Virus record (IMG/VR): IMGVR_UViG_2703718823_000018 | Reading direction: 5' to 3' (one strand) | DNA: 17,832 bases | Source of the DNA: a virus | Lineage: Duplodnaviria > Heunggongvirae > Uroviricota > Caudoviricetes | Shown: piece by piece, positions 7,017 through 13,773 of the stretch | How positions within the stretch are numbered: position 1 is the stretch's first letter | Layout of the letters: each line of letters opens with the position of its first letter | The notes under the pieces: generated by a model | Databases searched by the model: none | Told to the model about the DNA's origin: nothing | The model's input: the letters and a program-made list of their open reading frames with translations, nothing else | Program-made: the position numbers and the translations under genes

Positions 7017-7191
7017 TTTGCTCTTCCTCTTCGTCTTTTATTTCGTGATATGAGTAATTGCAGTAGTTAAAGAAAATATCTTTTGCTTCGTCATGTATTT
7101 CATCAGGCGTCGCATCATCATCCACTTCGAATTCATCCTCGAAATCTCCACCGGCTATTCCCGTTTCAATAATTATTTTAAACTTTCGCAT
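7009..7191 (-). CDS. Small highly acidic protein (60 aa)
   Basis: ATG at 7191. MRKFKIIIETGIAGGDFEDEFEVDDDATPDEIHDEAKDIFFNYCNYSYHEIKDEEEEQNG is strongly D/E-rich. Overlaps the next gene start by 8 nt. Confidence 0.45.
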   Translation of the reverse strand: MRKFKIIIETGIAGGDFEDEFEVDDDATPDEIHDEAKDIFFNYCNYSYHEIKDEEEEQNG

Positions 7192-7284
7192 TTAACTACC
7201 GCCCTTTCGGGCGGCCTCCTGATGTTCTGAGGGTGCAGAAATCCCTCCGGTTAAGGATTAAATTTTTAACAGAGCTAAATTTAA

Positions 7285-7641
7285 TTATTCAGTTCTGGAT
7301 TTTGTCGCCCTGCGTATCCGCGCTTTCGCGTTACGCTCAATCTGAATTAGCTTTTCTATATTTTTTCGCCTTTCCCGCTCCTCCTGGCGCAAGTGCCTTA
7401 CATCATCTGCCAGTCTGGTTTCTCTTTTCGCCACAGAGAGCATCCAGTCAAATGGCTCCACAACTGCACCGCAGATTTTACAGCGGACCTGACGCTCTTT
7501 TTCGTCAACCCGGACAGAGGCGTGATGACAATATGGTCTTTCCGATGGCTCATAAAGAAAATTAACCTGATTACGAGGGTCATCCTCTTTTACCGGAAAT
7601 AAAACGATATTGCTTAACTCATCCTCTGGTTTTATTTCCAT
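7285..7641 (-). CDS. Hypothetical protein with putative zinc-ribbon (118 aa)
   Basis: ATG at 7641 with AGGAGAGG upstream. Contains C-H-H...C-x2-C (PYCHHASVRVDEKERQVRCKICG) and a basic C-terminal tail. Confidence 0.55.
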   Translation of the reverse strand: MEIKPEDELSNIVLFPVKEDDPRNQVNFLYEPSERPYCHHASVRVDEKERQVRCKICGAVVEPFDWMLSVAKRETRLADDVRHLRQEERERRKNIEKLIQIERNAKARIRRATKSRTE

Positions 7642-8080
7642 GCTCCTCTCCTTTGATGCGAATGCCAGAGACGCGTAATGCGTGTTCTAGGTCAATCAGG
7701 TAAAGCCAACTGCCATTTTCTTTAGGTATCATGACATGTCGCTCATCTGCATTTATCGGGTGTCCATATCGAAGGTCGTAGCGAGTCGGTAATTGAACTT
7801 CCCGCGCTTCCAGTTCAGCAATACGCTTGCTCCCATCAGAGATAACGCCTTCGTAATACTCACGCTGCTCTTTGAGTTGTGATTTTGCTTCTTCCAGTCC
7901 ATCCAGCAAATCAGCGATAATATCCGCTTCCCGATGACGGATGTGACGCTTAAACGCAGCAAGAGCCGCATCACAATCCCGTTCAGCATTTGGGCTGTCC
8001 GGGATAGCCTGATACCACGCCAGCGTCGACTGATAGTTTTGTGCTGCCTCACGAAGCGCCTCATAGTTAACCTCTCTCAT
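7619..8080 (-). CDS. Hypothetical protein (153 aa)
   Basis: ATG at 8080 with GGAGGTGG upstream; ATGA overlap with the upstream stop. Confidence 0.6.
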   Translation of the reverse strand: MREVNYEALREAAQNYQSTLAWYQAIPDSPNAERDCDAALAAFKRHIRHREADIIADLLDGLEEAKSQLKEQREYYEGVISDGSKRIAELEAREVQLPTRYDLRYGHPINADERHVMIPKENGSWLYLIDLEHALRVSGIRIKGEEHGNKTRG

Positions 8081-8373
8081 TGAGCCACCTCCTGATAAAT
8101 CACTGCATGCCCCAGTTTCTCCGCCAGTGCCAGCTCTGCCTTAGCGCCCGCTGACCGCTGCCAGCCATTCAGCATGTAAATCGCATCCACACAACGAATC
8201 ATTGCCATGCAAATATCCATGTAGTGCGGCTGTGTCAGCCCGTCCGGAAGTACTGCCGGGTTTAAGACGGTATGCCCTTCCCGTTTCAGTTCCTCTTCCG
8301 CCTTGTGAAACGCCTCACGGTTGAAATTTTCATATCCCGTCATTGGACCGGCAATATAAACTCTGCCCCTCAC
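8077..8373 (-). CDS. DUF4406-like protein (nucleoside 2-deoxyribosyltransferase-like fold), 98 aa
   Basis: GTG start at 8373 overlapping the upstream stop (GTGA), with AGGAGG 9 nt upstream. RVYIAGPMTGYENFN...VLNP is the characteristic N-terminal motif of this fold. The longer ORF-track start would overlap the upstream gene. Confidence 0.55.
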   Translation of the reverse strand: MRGRVYIAGPMTGYENFNREAFHKAEEELKREGHTVLNPAVLPDGLTQPHYMDICMAMIRCVDAIYMLNGWQRSAGAKAELALAEKLGHAVIYQEVAQ

Positions 8374-8762
8374 TCCATCACCTCCTGAAAGTTTCCCCGA
8401 TAGAACGCCAGCACACGCTGCATAACTTCGCTCTGGCGGCACTCACGACAAATTATGTTCTGCCGTCTGTTGTAACGACGTATTTCTCCGTCAGGTAACT
8501 TTCGAATCAGTGTCGGGTCAGCAGCCTTCTCCGGTATCTTACGCCATACGCGATACGCCTGCTCTGATGGAAATACCCCGCAACCAGAGAGCCAGACATC
8601 ACCACTGGCCGCAAGCGCACCAGATAAACGACGAATAGCGGTCTTACTGACACCCGTTTTATCTGCCAGTTGTCGAAAAGTTTCTCGTCCGCTCAGGCGC
8701 ACGAATTCCACAATGCGCGCCTTCACTTCTTCCCGCTCTTCTGGTGTAAATACTTTTGCCAT
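8370..8762 (-). CDS. Helix-turn-helix DNA-binding protein (130 aa)
   Basis: ATG at 8762 with GGAGG 5 nt upstream. HTH-like segment RETFRQLADKTGVSKTAIRRLSGAL and a C-x2-C pair near the C-terminus. Confidence 0.6.
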   Translation of the reverse strand: MAKVFTPEEREEVKARIVEFVRLSGRETFRQLADKTGVSKTAIRRLSGALAASGDVWLSGCGVFPSEQAYRVWRKIPEKAADPTLIRKLPDGEIRRYNRRQNIICRECRQSEVMQRVLAFYRGNFQEVME

Positions 8763-8777
8763 AAGCGCCTCCGGCAA

Positions 8778-9548
8778 TCACTTTTCCGATACAACACGGC
8801 GGGAAGAATCAGTAATCTGTCGAACAATATCCCGGTGCTTGTTCAGCTCCCGCAGCGCGGCGCAGACTCGCTCCCACTTCTGAACATCACTTTTCGCCCT
8901 GCGCAGCGCCAGGTTTGCCCTGCGAAGGGACGGAAAAATCAGCTCATCTGCTTGCGTTTCGGTAAACGATGGCAACGGCTGCACAATGTCCGCCACAGTT
9001 TCTGTTTTAATTTCTTCCTGTGTTGCGGCTTCCCGGACTGGTAACGCAGCACCTGCTGGCTGAGGAAAGGCCTTACCATCACTTTCCGTTACCAGCGCGG
9101 CTTTCGGCTCTGCTGGTAAATTATCGCCCGGCATGCAGTAACGAAATTTACCGTTCTGATTAACGCGTGCCAGCCGCCCCGTTGCGGTTACCACCGCCAG
9201 CGTGGAGGCAACCTTGCGAGTACTGACGCCGAACTTACCCGCCAGTTCCTCACACGTTTTAGCACCATCCTGACCGATAAACTCAATCATCATGTCTGCG
9301 GTAACTTTTTGTTCGACCTCTCCGGTCAGCATATCCTGTGCTTCAGATTTTACTGGCCGCTCTTCGGTTACCCGGGATTCACCTTCGCCAGCCAGAAACC
9401 AGGTGTGACCAGTTTTATCAACGACGCCATTTCTTTTGAGTTCCCACAGCTCGTTGAGAACCTCTTCACGACTGATATCAAGTCGCGCGGCCAGTTCTAC
9501 CGATGTGGCTTTTCCCATTGCTTTCAGTGCGTCAAATACGGTTTCCAT
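8778..9548 (-). CDS. Hypothetical protein with two tandem winged-helix-like repeats (256 aa)
   Basis: ATG at 9548 with GGAGG 8 nt upstream (the ORF-track start at 9566 is a TTG). Two similar segments, [30 protein letters not shown]... and [28 protein letters not shown]..., suggest an internal duplication. Confidence 0.6.
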   Translation of the reverse strand: METVFDALKAMGKATSVELAARLDISREEVLNELWELKRNGVVDKTGHTWFLAGEGESRVTEERPVKSEAQDMLTGEVEQKVTADMMIEFIGQDGAKTCEELAGKFGVSTRKVASTLAVVTATGRLARVNQNGKFRYCMPGDNLPAEPKAALVTESDGKAFPQPAGAALPVREAATQEEIKTETVADIVQPLPSFTETQADELIFPSLRRANLALRRAKSDVQKWERVCAALRELNKHRDIVRQITDSSRRVVSEK

Positions 9549-9581
9549 TAAAATTTCCTCCGACAAAATCGTTTCTCAGAT

Positions 9582-10247
9582 TCAAATAAAACCAGCTGCC
9601 TTCCGGCGTTCGTATTCCTGTTTCAGCCGTTCAATTGGCGTTGGCCCTTGCGGGTGTTTCGCCCCTTCCAGTTGTCGTCGCACTGGCGGAACACTCATCC
9701 CGTTACCAACATGCTTTGCCCATTTCGTCAGTTGCCGTTCCGCAAGTCGTTTTAACTCACCCTGCGTCATCTGGCGCTCAATCCCTCTGGTACGCATTTC
9801 GAGGCAGATGTGGTACAGCACAGGCTGAGGCCACGGATATTTGTCGCTTCCGTCATATCGCCAGGACTCATCACGCCAGCGGCGGTACTCCTCCATCACA
9901 GCATCCACCGTCAGGCCAAATGGATTGGCCCCGCTTTCTGAAATCAGCGCCACAAACTCAGCCAGGTCCGGAGGCCATGTTTCACCCGCCCGGCAGCGGT
10001 CCATGCACTGGCGGCAGACCTGTCGGATTTGCTGCTCAGTCATCGCGCCAATCTGTGCAATCCAGAGCTTCGAAGGTGCGGCCCCGTTCTTCTGGGTCCA
10101 GCGGTTCGAATAAACCTCCCCCATGAGTTCCCACAGCTTCCAGACCGTTTCCGTCGCTGATAAATCCGTTTTCACGTTCCCACTGCTCACGTGCTGCCCG
10201 AATTTCCTGAACTGCCCGTGATGCGGTGCCACCTGGTGCTGCTGCAT
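9582..10247 (-). CDS. Replication protein P-like (DnaB helicase loader)
   Basis: ATG at 10247 with GGGGG 6 nt upstream. C-terminal two thirds align by eye to lambda P (PDLAEFVALI..., YPWPQPVLYHICLEM, LKRLAERQLTKWAKHVGNG). The N-terminal 212 nt overlap the 3' end of the O-like gene in another frame, so the true start is uncertain (an alternative ATG at 10043 overlaps the O stop). Confidence 0.7.
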   Translation of the reverse strand: MQQHQVAPHHGQFRKFGQHVSSGNVKTDLSATETVWKLWELMGEVYSNRWTQKNGAAPSKLWIAQIGAMTEQQIRQVCRQCMDRCRAGETWPPDLAEFVALISESGANPFGLTVDAVMEEYRRWRDESWRYDGSDKYPWPQPVLYHICLEMRTRGIERQMTQGELKRLAERQLTKWAKHVGNGMSVPPVRRQLEGAKHPQGPTPIERLKQEYERRKAAGFI

Positions 10248-11076
10248 GGTTTACCCCCTTGCTGACTGGTTTAACCTGCGCCCTGACGTGATTTACGTGA
10301 CGGGCGAATTTCTGCTCCCACTGAATCTGCGTAAACACTTTCCCCTCCGCTGCCCAGTAGTCCCGGAAGGCGGCAAGTTCAGCAGGTGTAAATTCTGTCT
10401 CCGGCAAAGCCATCCCCCACAACGCAGCCCGTCGTCGAAAATCCCGTGACGGATACCAGCTATCGGTCATCGGAAATTTTCCGATGGGTTCGCTCAGGCC
10501 ATCCAGGAATACAAGGGGTGCTGCCTGTAACGACAAAACTTCCTGCTCACTGGTCGGAGCACTCTCGCGTGCGTTATGTGTGGGGTTTAGATCTTTGGGT
10601 TCCTTTGGGTTCCGTGATCCGTTTTTGGGTGTCTTTGATGGAAAATTTGGGTGTCTTTGGTTATTTTCCATGCAGCTAAGAGTTCCGTTTTTGGGTCTGT
10701 TTTGTGCTGAAACATAACCATTTTCGGTACTGTTTTTATTAACAGCACCAATTTTACCCACCTTTAAAGACTCCCGTTTTTGGGTGTATTCAGGCTCGGC
10801 AACACTTTCTTCTACACCGATAAGTCGGTACACCACAATTTGCTTTGTTCTGCCTTTTCTCTCACCGGTATCAACAATTAACCCAATCTCCATCAGGTGT
10901 CGTAAGCTGTCCTGCACAGTCTTTTTGTTTAGTTCCGTTACTTCTGCCAGTGCAGATACAGACGGGTATGCACACAAATCGGCACCGCACATATCAGCAA
11001 GCCAGGTCAATACAGACTTACTGGATGAACTGCCGGTTTTCACCTTTTTAGCCCATCGTAGTGCATCGATACTCAT
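10036..11076 (-). CDS. Replication initiator O-like protein (N-terminal winged-helix, repeat-containing linker, DnaT-like C-terminal region)
   Basis: ATG at 11076 (MSIDALRWAKK...) with AGGGG upstream. Linker with PKNG repeats is encoded by the iteron DNA. The ORF-track start at 11151 would overlap the upstream gene by about 100 nt. Confidence 0.75.
   Translation of the reverse strand: MSIDALRWAKKVKTGSSSSKSVLTWLADMCGADLCAYPSVSALAEVTELNKKTVQDSLRHLMEIGLIVDTGERKGRTKQIVVYRLIGVEESVAEPEYTQKRESLKVGKIGAVNKNSTENGYVSAQNRPKNGTLSCMENNQRHPNFPSKTPKNGSRNPKEPKDLNPTHNARESAPTSEQEVLSLQAAPLVFLDGLSEPIGKFPMTDSWYPSRDFRRRAALWGMALPETEFTPAELAAFRDYWAAEGKVFTQIQWEQKFARHVNHVRAQVKPVSKGVNHAAAPGGTASRAVQEIRAAREQWERENGFISDGNGLEAVGTHGGGLFEPLDPEERGRTFEALDCTDWRDD
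10595..10787. repeat. Replication-origin iterons inside the O gene (six TTTGGGT-core repeats plus an AT-rich segment)
   Basis: TTTGGGT at 10595, 10604, 10624, 10646, 10690 and 10779; three share the longer form YCCGTTTTTGGGT. AT-rich stretch at 10711-10760 lies between the repeats. Same layout as ori-lambda. Confidence 0.65.
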
Positions 11077-11599
11077 ACAAACCCCTGGCAGACATTTGTT
11101 TATCTGCAAAGTAATATTGATATTGCTGACGATACGCATGCTTGAAAGCAATAGCTTTTTCTATAAGCTCGTCAGTCTCACGTTCCACAACAGCTGGATC
11201 CGCAAAAAGCAGCCCGGACTCCACCACATCGCCATATTCTTTGTTTAATCCGGCGATCATGTACGTAATGCTTTTTCCATCACTGATCTCACGATACAAC
11301 CTGAAATCACTAATTCGGATAGCCTCCATAATTGCCGGAATCAGCGCCGTGAATTTTTTCCGCTTATCCCTGGTGTCGATAGCTTTCCAGCGTTCGAATA
11401 TCTTCACCCGGTTAACGCCCAGCGCCCGTTGATCAACCTCGCCATCATTAAACGTGACGCGTTGAACATCGATGTTCGGGCGTTCTTTCAGAGCCCAGAA
11501 TGCTTCCGTGATTAATATCGTCGCTTGCTCCTGTGTCATTCCTGGTCGACATACCCAGGCATCCAGAGCCTCACAAACCTGTTCAGGGGTGATTTTCAT
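11048..11599 (-). CDS. YdaT-like (CII-position) regulatory protein, 183 aa
   Basis: ATG at 11599, overlapping the dicC-like stop by 17 nt. Contains IDTRDKRKKF, resembling the YdaT block as I recall it; occupies the cII position after Cro. Confidence 0.5.
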   Translation of the reverse strand: MKITPEQVCEALDAWVCRPGMTQEQATILITEAFWALKERPNIDVQRVTFNDGEVDQRALGVNRVKIFERWKAIDTRDKRKKFTALIPAIMEAIRISDFRLYREISDGKSITYMIAGLNKEYGDVVESGLLFADPAVVERETDELIEKAIAFKHAYRQQYQYYFADKQMSARGLYEYRCTTMG

Positions 11600-11810
11600 T
11601 GTTCAACCGCCCCGCCCGCTTTGCCTTACGATATTCGTCATAAACTTTGGGGTCGTACTGAAGTTCCCCGCCGGATGCCTCCTGTAGACGCATCGCGCGA
11701 CCTTCAGGAACCAGTTTCCCCCATGCAGCAACGCTTGCCAGCCTAACTCCTGCGGCATTGGCAAGCTTTGTTTTGCTGCCAAAAAACGCTATAGCATCAA
11801 TTTTCAACAT
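11583..11810 (-). CDS. dicC: DicC/YdaS-like Cro-type regulator (75 aa)
   Basis: ATG at 11810 with AAGGAG upstream. MLKIDAIAFFGSKTKLANAAGVRLASVAAWGKLVPEGRAMRLQEASGGELQYDPKVYDEYRK. Divergent from the dicA-like repressor across a 76-bp operator region. Confidence 0.7.
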   Translation of the reverse strand: MLKIDAIAFFGSKTKLANAAGVRLASVAAWGKLVPEGRAMRLQEASGGELQYDPKVYDEYRKAKRAGRLNNENHP

Positions 11811-11886
11811 ATCGAACTCCTTAGATTTTCCTAAGGAAACTAGATCGTAGAGAAACCTAAGTCAAGAAAAATTAGAATTACCTAAT
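11811..11886. promoter_or_regulatory. Divergent promoter/operator region between dicC-like and dicA-like genes
   Basis: Perfect palindrome CCTTAG-attttc-CTAAGG (11819-11836) plus further CCTAAG/CCTAAT half-sites at 11856 and 11881. The palindrome overlaps the dicC ribosome-binding site. Confidence 0.5.
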
Positions 11887-12294
11887 ATGAAAAACGAAAC
11901 CTTCGGTGCTCGCCTCTTATACAGGCGTAAAAAATTAAAACTGTCTCAGGCCGCATTAGGTAAGCTGGTCAAAGTGGCTCACGTAACAATTTCTCAATGG
12001 GAAAGAGATGAAACACAGCCAGCGGGGAAGAGATTATTCGCACTGAGCCAGGCGCTTCAGTGCTCGCCGACTTGGCTTCTTTTTGGAGATGAAGATAAGC
12101 AACCAGGCGAACCGATCTCAGATAATCAGCCAGTTAATCTGACAGAAGATCAAAAAGAGTTGCTTCAACTGTTCGACGCACTGCCTGAGTCAGAGCAAAA
12201 GGCTCTGTTGTCAGAGATGCGTGCTCGAGTTGAGAATTTCAACAAACTTTTTGAAGAACTACTCAAAGCTCGCAAAAGAAGCGCAAATAAATAA
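11887..12294 (+). CDS. dicA: DicA-like HTH (XRE-family) prophage repressor, 135 aa
   Basis: N-terminal HTH (LKLSQAALGKLVKVAHVTISQWERDETQP), no LexA-type peptidase domain; blocks such as FALSQALQCSPTWLLFGDEDKQP and MRARVENFNKLFEELLKARKR match my recollection of K-12 DicA (135 aa). Confidence 0.85.
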   Translation: MKNETFGARLLYRRKKLKLSQAALGKLVKVAHVTISQWERDETQPAGKRLFALSQALQCSPTWLLFGDEDKQPGEPISDNQPVNLTEDQKELLQLFDALPESEQKALLSEMRARVENFNKLFEELLKARKRSANK

Positions 12295-12359
12295 CCCCCC
12301 CTTTTTTTTTCGCCACTCTCTGTAATAAAAAGCACAAACTTTCAAATACTTGTGTTTTT

Positions 12360-12440
12360 TACATCAAAAAACTTAGGTTTTTCTACATAAAAAGCTTGAC
12401 CACAATTCTTAGGTTATTCTAAATTCTACTCATCAAGACA
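12360..12440 (+). promoter_or_regulatory. Candidate DicA-controlled promoter/operator of the ydfA-dicF-dicB operon
   Basis: Direct repeats aCTTAGGTTtTTCTAcat (from 12371) and tCTTAGGTTaTTCTAaat (from 12407) flank a TTGACC -35-like hexamer at 12396-12401. CTTAGG is the reverse complement of the CCTAAG half-site in the dicA-dicC region. Confidence 0.4.
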
Positions 12441-12501
12441 CCGCACGGTGTTCTCAGCAAACTGTTCCGCTCCCCCGGCGTTAAGGGGAAATGAGGTCAG
12501 C

Positions 12502-12654
12502 ATGGATACTATCGAGCTTGGCAACAGCGAATCTCTGGTATGCGGCGTGTTTCCCAACCAGGACGGCACGTTTACCGCGATGACGTATACCAGAAGCAAA
12601 ACGTTTAAAACTGAAGCTGGCGCGCGTCGCTGGTTAGCCAGAAACACTGACTGA
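12502..12654 (+). CDS. ydfA: YdfA-like small protein (50 aa)
   Basis: ATG at 12502 preceded by GAGGT. MDTIELGNSESLVCGVFPNQDGTFTAMTYTRSKTFKTEAGARRWLARNTD; first gene after dicA as in Qin. The ORF-track start further upstream lacks an RBS. Confidence 0.65.
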   Translation: MDTIELGNSESLVCGVFPNQDGTFTAMTYTRSKTFKTEAGARRWLARNTD

Positions 12655-12665
12655 TGAGGTTGACG

Positions 12666-13040
12666 ATGGAATTTAAAGATTTACCAGTACCATTCCAGGA
12701 AATGGCATCGAATGTGGTTCGCTCTCAACTGGCGACTCTTGACCTGAGTACCGTAGAAAAAGAAACAATCGACAATATATCCGGTAACGTACGCCGAGCC
12801 TTTATCGGGCTGTACGAAGAGAAGCAGCTCTCTGATAACCAGGATTTACATGAAAAATACTTTCTGGAATTAATGGACATCATTAATAAAGGATTTGGCT
12901 TGTTAATGAAAAAGAAAGGGATTCGAATAGCTCCCCTTGAAAATCATTTTACAGCAAGCAGTATTAATTCCTGTGATTTAAAGCATCACACATCCGATGG
13001 GAAAGTTGAATCAAACAACAAAATATCAATTAATCATTAA
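12666..13040 (+). CDS. Hypothetical protein (124 aa), AT-rich, inside the DicA-repressed operon
   Basis: ATG at 12666 with GAGG 8 nt upstream. Hydrophilic, no recognisable motif. Occupies the slot where K-12 Qin carries ydfB/ydfC, but is not obviously related to them. Confidence 0.5.
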   Translation: MEFKDLPVPFQEMASNVVRSQLATLDLSTVEKETIDNISGNVRRAFIGLYEEKQLSDNQDLHEKYFLELMDIINKGFGLLMKKKGIRIAPLENHFTASSINSCDLKHHTSDGKVESNNKISINH

Positions 13041-13344
13041 TTTATTCACAGGTGAGGTAGAGTGCGTGCGCCGGACACGGATAAGAATCCGGCACTGACA
13101 GTTAACTGAAAAGGATATATCCCTGAAAAGTCAGGGCATAACACGAAAGCGCCCGGCGAAGTTAGTCTCTCTGTATAGGTCGTCGTTAAATTTTCGTCGA
13201 CCGTGCGCTTCCGGTTGTGGCACTCCGCGAAATGGCGCGGAGGTAAGTATGGCGGGGTTATTCCTTCCCCGTTGAGGACACCGGGTTGTCAGGTTGACCA
13301 TACGCTTAAGTGACAACCCAGCTGCAACGCCCTCTGTTATCAAT

Positions 13345-13402
13345 TTTCTGGTGACGTTTGGCGGTATCAGTTTTACTCCGTGACTGCTCTGCCACCCTTT
13401 TT
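13345..13402 (+). ncRNA. dicF: DicF small RNA
   Basis: tttctggtgacgtttggcggtatcagttttactccgtgactgctctgccaccc followed by TTTTT matches my recollection of the 53-nt DicF sequence at all but about one position; located between ydfA and dicB as in Qin. Exact ends are approximate. Confidence 0.8.
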
Positions 13403-13406
13403 AAAG

Positions 13407-13567
13407 TGAATTTTGTGATGCGGTGAATGCGGCTATGCGCACGCGGAACAGTTAAAACCGTAAAGTGGTCTTTTACGGGGCGTAACGGGCATCCTTCTGT
13501 ATTCCGGCGTTAATTGTTAACTGGTTAACGTCACCTGGAGGCACCAGGCACCGCATCACAAAATTCA
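13407..13567 (+). repeat. 19-bp perfect inverted repeat bracketing the dicF-dicB spacer
   Basis: tgaattttgtgatgcggtg (13407-13425) is the exact reverse complement of caccgcatcacaaaattca (13549-13567); the arms are 123 nt apart and the second arm ends 5 nt before the dicB Shine-Dalgarno. Confidence 0.6.
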
Positions 13568-13584
13568 TTGTTGAGGACGCGATA

Positions 13585-13773
13585 ATGGAAACGTTATTAC
13601 CAAACGTTAATACGTCTGAAGGTTGTTTTGATATTGGTGTTCTGCTCAGTAACCGGGAGTTTACGGAAGATGCCATTAAGATGAGAAAATATGAACCTTA
13701 TCTTCTCAATGATAATTCCATACTTTCCAGAATTGCCCTTCTTGAACTTGGTATTATCGGAGAACAGCAGTGA
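13585..13773 (+). CDS. dicB: DicB-like cell-division inhibitor (62 aa)
   Basis: ATG at 13585 with GAGGA upstream. METLLPNVNTSEGCFDIGV...FTEDAI closely matches the DicB N-terminus as I recall it. Confidence 0.8.
   Translation: METLLPNVNTSEGCFDIGVLLSNREFTEDAIKMRKYEPYLLNDNSILSRIALLELGIIGEQQ

Noticed and set aside
10246-10717. Plus-strand 67-77-aa ORFs within the O gene and origin
   Set aside because: Antisense to the O coding sequence and iterons; produced by the repetitive sequence.
10595-10787. Possible CRISPR array
   Set aside because: Repeats are short (7-13 bp), irregularly spaced, lie inside a coding sequence, and have no leader or cas genes; they are origin iterons.
12426-12654. 73-aa minus-strand ORF and the 68-aa extended plus-strand ydfA ORF
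   Set aside because: The minus ORF is antisense to ydfA; the extended plus ORF starts upstream of the RBS-associated ATG at 12502 and would give a product longer than the conserved 50 aa.
13131-13343. 70-aa minus-strand ORF upstream of dicF
   Set aside because: Antisense to the structured, hairpin-rich leader of the DicF precursor; no RBS; this interval has no plus-strand ORF either and is best read as RNA.
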